DNA from: a virus
Lineage: Duplodnaviria; Caudoviricetes
Length of the DNA stretch: 64,000 nucleotides
Reading direction: 5' to 3' (one strand)
IMG/VR virus record: IMGVR_UViG_3300033414_000001
Span: 14,919-78,918 of that record
Made by a program: the position numbers and the translations under genes. The notes under the pieces were generated by a model. The model worked only from the letters and a program-made list of their open reading frames with translations, did no database searches and was not told the DNA's origin. Below are positions 62,516-64,000 of the stretch, in pieces (within the stretch, counting starts at the first letter, position 1; each line of letters begins with the position of its first letter).

Positions 62516-62764
62516 ATGACGCGCTTCGCAGCGGCGGTGCTTGCATTCCTGGGCGTGTTCATGCTGGGAGTCGGGATCGGGTTCGACGCTGGCCGGAAAC
62601 AGCGCGAGGACGCGCCAGCGCCAGAACGGGTAGAGCAGGCCCGCGTCATTCAGGTCGAGTTCACCGGATGTCTCATATGGCTGGAGCGCGCCGACAAGGA
62701 GCCGATGCGACCGGTGGTGTTCCGGGTGCCGCTGGAGATGGCGCGCCAGCAAAAGGATCGGTGA
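62516..62764 (+). CDS. small membrane-anchored protein
   Basis: N-terminal TM; coupled. Confidence 0.55.
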   Translation: MTRFAAAVLAFLGVFMLGVGIGFDAGRKQREDAPAPERVEQARVIQVEFTGCLIWLERADKEPMRPVVFRVPLEMARQQKDR

Positions 62765-62985
62765 TGGCGAAGAGGCCTTGCAGCACGCTCCGGTGGTACG
62801 TGGAGCAAATGGATCCGTCGCCCTACTTCCCCCATCAGGTCGCGGACGCACAGCAGATCCGCGCCGAGTTGCGCGCGCTGCTGCGGCTCTACTCCGCCAG
62901 CGATGTCCCGCAGACGGGCCGCGCGGATCGGGTCGAGAAGGCCCGCGCCAGCGTGGCGCGCGTCAGCAAGAAAGCGAGGCGGTGA
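62764..62985 (+). CDS. hypothetical protein
   Basis: TGATG coupling. Confidence 0.55.
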   Translation: MAKRPCSTLRWYVEQMDPSPYFPHQVADAQQIRAELRALLRLYSASDVPQTGRADRVEKARASVARVSKKARR

Positions 62986-63257
62986 TGTTACCCGGGGATA
63001 GCCTCCTGGCGGCAACGGTAAGTAATAGTGGCGACCGACTGTTTCTGCTGTGGAGCGTACGGGAAGATCTGGATCTGCTTATCTATGGCGACAGCGTGCT
63101 ATCGGATGGCGTGCTGGATGTGGAGCGAGAGATCCGGTGGTGCAACGAGCGCGGGCGCCCCGTCGCGCGGACCACCGCGCTCGAAGAACTCGCGGAGACT
63201 CGACCCGAGCTTGCGGGCGCAGCGCGCGAGCAAGCCGAAACGCTGGAGGACTCGTGA
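62985..63257 (+). CDS. hypothetical protein
   Basis: TGATG coupling. Confidence 0.5.
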   Translation: MLPGDSLLAATVSNSGDRLFLLWSVREDLDLLIYGDSVLSDGVLDVEREIRWCNERGRPVARTTALEELAETRPELAGAAREQAETLEDS

Positions 63258-63439
63258 TGTGGTGTCGATCGACGAAGCAACGAAGGGCGGCGGTGCGGCG
63301 ACGCGAAGAGCAGTGGCGCAGCACTCCGGAATACCAGGAGGAGGCAGATCAAGACCTCCGGAGACGGCTGCGGTCGGCCCAGGAACACGTGGTGGCGATC
63401 GGGTGGGTGTTGGATGATTTGGGGCCGATATGGCCGTGA
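63257..63439 (+). CDS. hypothetical protein
   Basis: TGATG coupling; 60 aa. Confidence 0.5.
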   Translation: MWCRSTKQRRAAVRRREEQWRSTPEYQEEADQDLRRRLRSAQEHVVAIGWVLDDLGPIWP

Positions 63440-64000
63440 ACCATTCGGAAACTCCGAAGAGTTGCGCCGGCCCCGTTCTCTTCGTCGTCCCCGTCGCTCC
63501 AGTCGGCGTGAACGCATCGTACGTGCGTCGCTCGATGACCGGTGGTGGCCCGGGCCTGCGAAAGACCGACGCAGCGAAGGCCTACCGGGACGCGATCATG
63601 ATGGCTGGCTACGCCGCGATGCGCGGGCGGCGCCCGTTTGATGGCCCGGTCGCCGTGAGCCTGCTGTTCGTATTCCCATCGAGACGCTCGGATCTCGATG
63701 GGCCGATCAAGAGCACGCTCGACGCGCTTCAGTCGGCGACCAGGGCGCGTTATCGCGGCGCCGGAGTCATAATCAACGACAACCAGGTCGAGGAGCTCCA
63801 GGTGCGCCGAATCATCGATCCCGAGAAACCCCGCGTCGAGATCGAAGTGATTGATACGAGATCGTTAGCGGAATTGGCGAAGCTGGCCGAACTGGATCGC
63901 GAGATCGAAGCGTATGGGCGCGACTCCCGGCGGCGACATGCCGGCATCCCTGCGGAGCACGTCCCGCATCTCAGCGATCCGCGGGAGACGGTAGCCATGG
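63436..64000 (+). CDS. rusA: RusA-family Holliday junction resolvase (no stop in window; runs into the duplicated segment)
   Basis: PV..N..Y...K.Y...GPVAV.L.F.FP..R.DLDG.IK..LDAL...I.NDNQV..L.V.R..D...PRVEIEV. Confidence 0.85.
   Translation, partial: MNHSETPKSCAGPVLFVVPVAPVGVNASYVRRSMTGGGPGLRKTDAAKAYRDAIMMAGYAAMRGRRPFDGPVAVSLLFVFPSRRSDLDGPIKSTLDALQSATRARYRGAGVIINDNQVEELQVRRIIDPEKPRVEIEVIDTRSLAELAKLAELDREIEAYGRDSRRRHAGIPAEHVPHLSDPRETVAM
63877..64000 (+). repeat. direct repeat copy 2 (truncated by window edge)
   Basis: Identical to 61536-61659. Confidence 0.95.

Noticed and set aside
62487-62519. 10-codon ORF MKRRSRERMV bridging two genes
   Set aside because: Too short to support; it could be a coupling linker or a deletion scar.

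Overview
The window is most of a high-GC contractile-tailed (myovirus-type) phage or prophage genome. The likely host is a myxobacterium (Myxococcota), inferred from a myxobacterial-type sigma70-region-4 protein, a MshEN domain and the high GC content. Layout: (i) 1-2.6 kb holds small genes interrupted by a decayed IS1-like cargo element. (ii) 2.6-36.8 kb (+) is the late operon: portal, an accessory-rich head block, MuF-like protein, scaffold, major capsid, a ~510-nt highly structured intergenic RNA candidate, neck, sheath, tube, chaperones, tape measure, baseplate, tail fibre and a six-gene lysis cassette. (iii) 36.8-56.0 kb (-) holds early/accessory genes: zincin lipoprotein, MoxR AAA+/VWA pair, Gp37/Gp68 (DUF5131), RyR-domain protein, XRE regulator, SMC-like ATPase, RecT and YqaJ. 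(iv) 56.1-64 kb (+) holds a Cro-like regulator, HNH, methyltransferases (one deleted, one frameshifted at a C10 tract), a replication initiator with iterons, a DnaC-like loader and RusA. I found no terminase, integrase, CRISPR array or rRNA. Best leads: an Acb2/Tad1-like sponge gene with its own RBS nested out of frame inside the replication initiator; the structured RNA after the capsid gene; a MshEN protein and a holin/beta-barrel polyprotein in the lysis cassette; a 71-nt tRNA/tmRNA-like element with Ala identity marks; and a poly-C switch in a methyltransferase. All family calls come from motif recognition by eye, not database searches.
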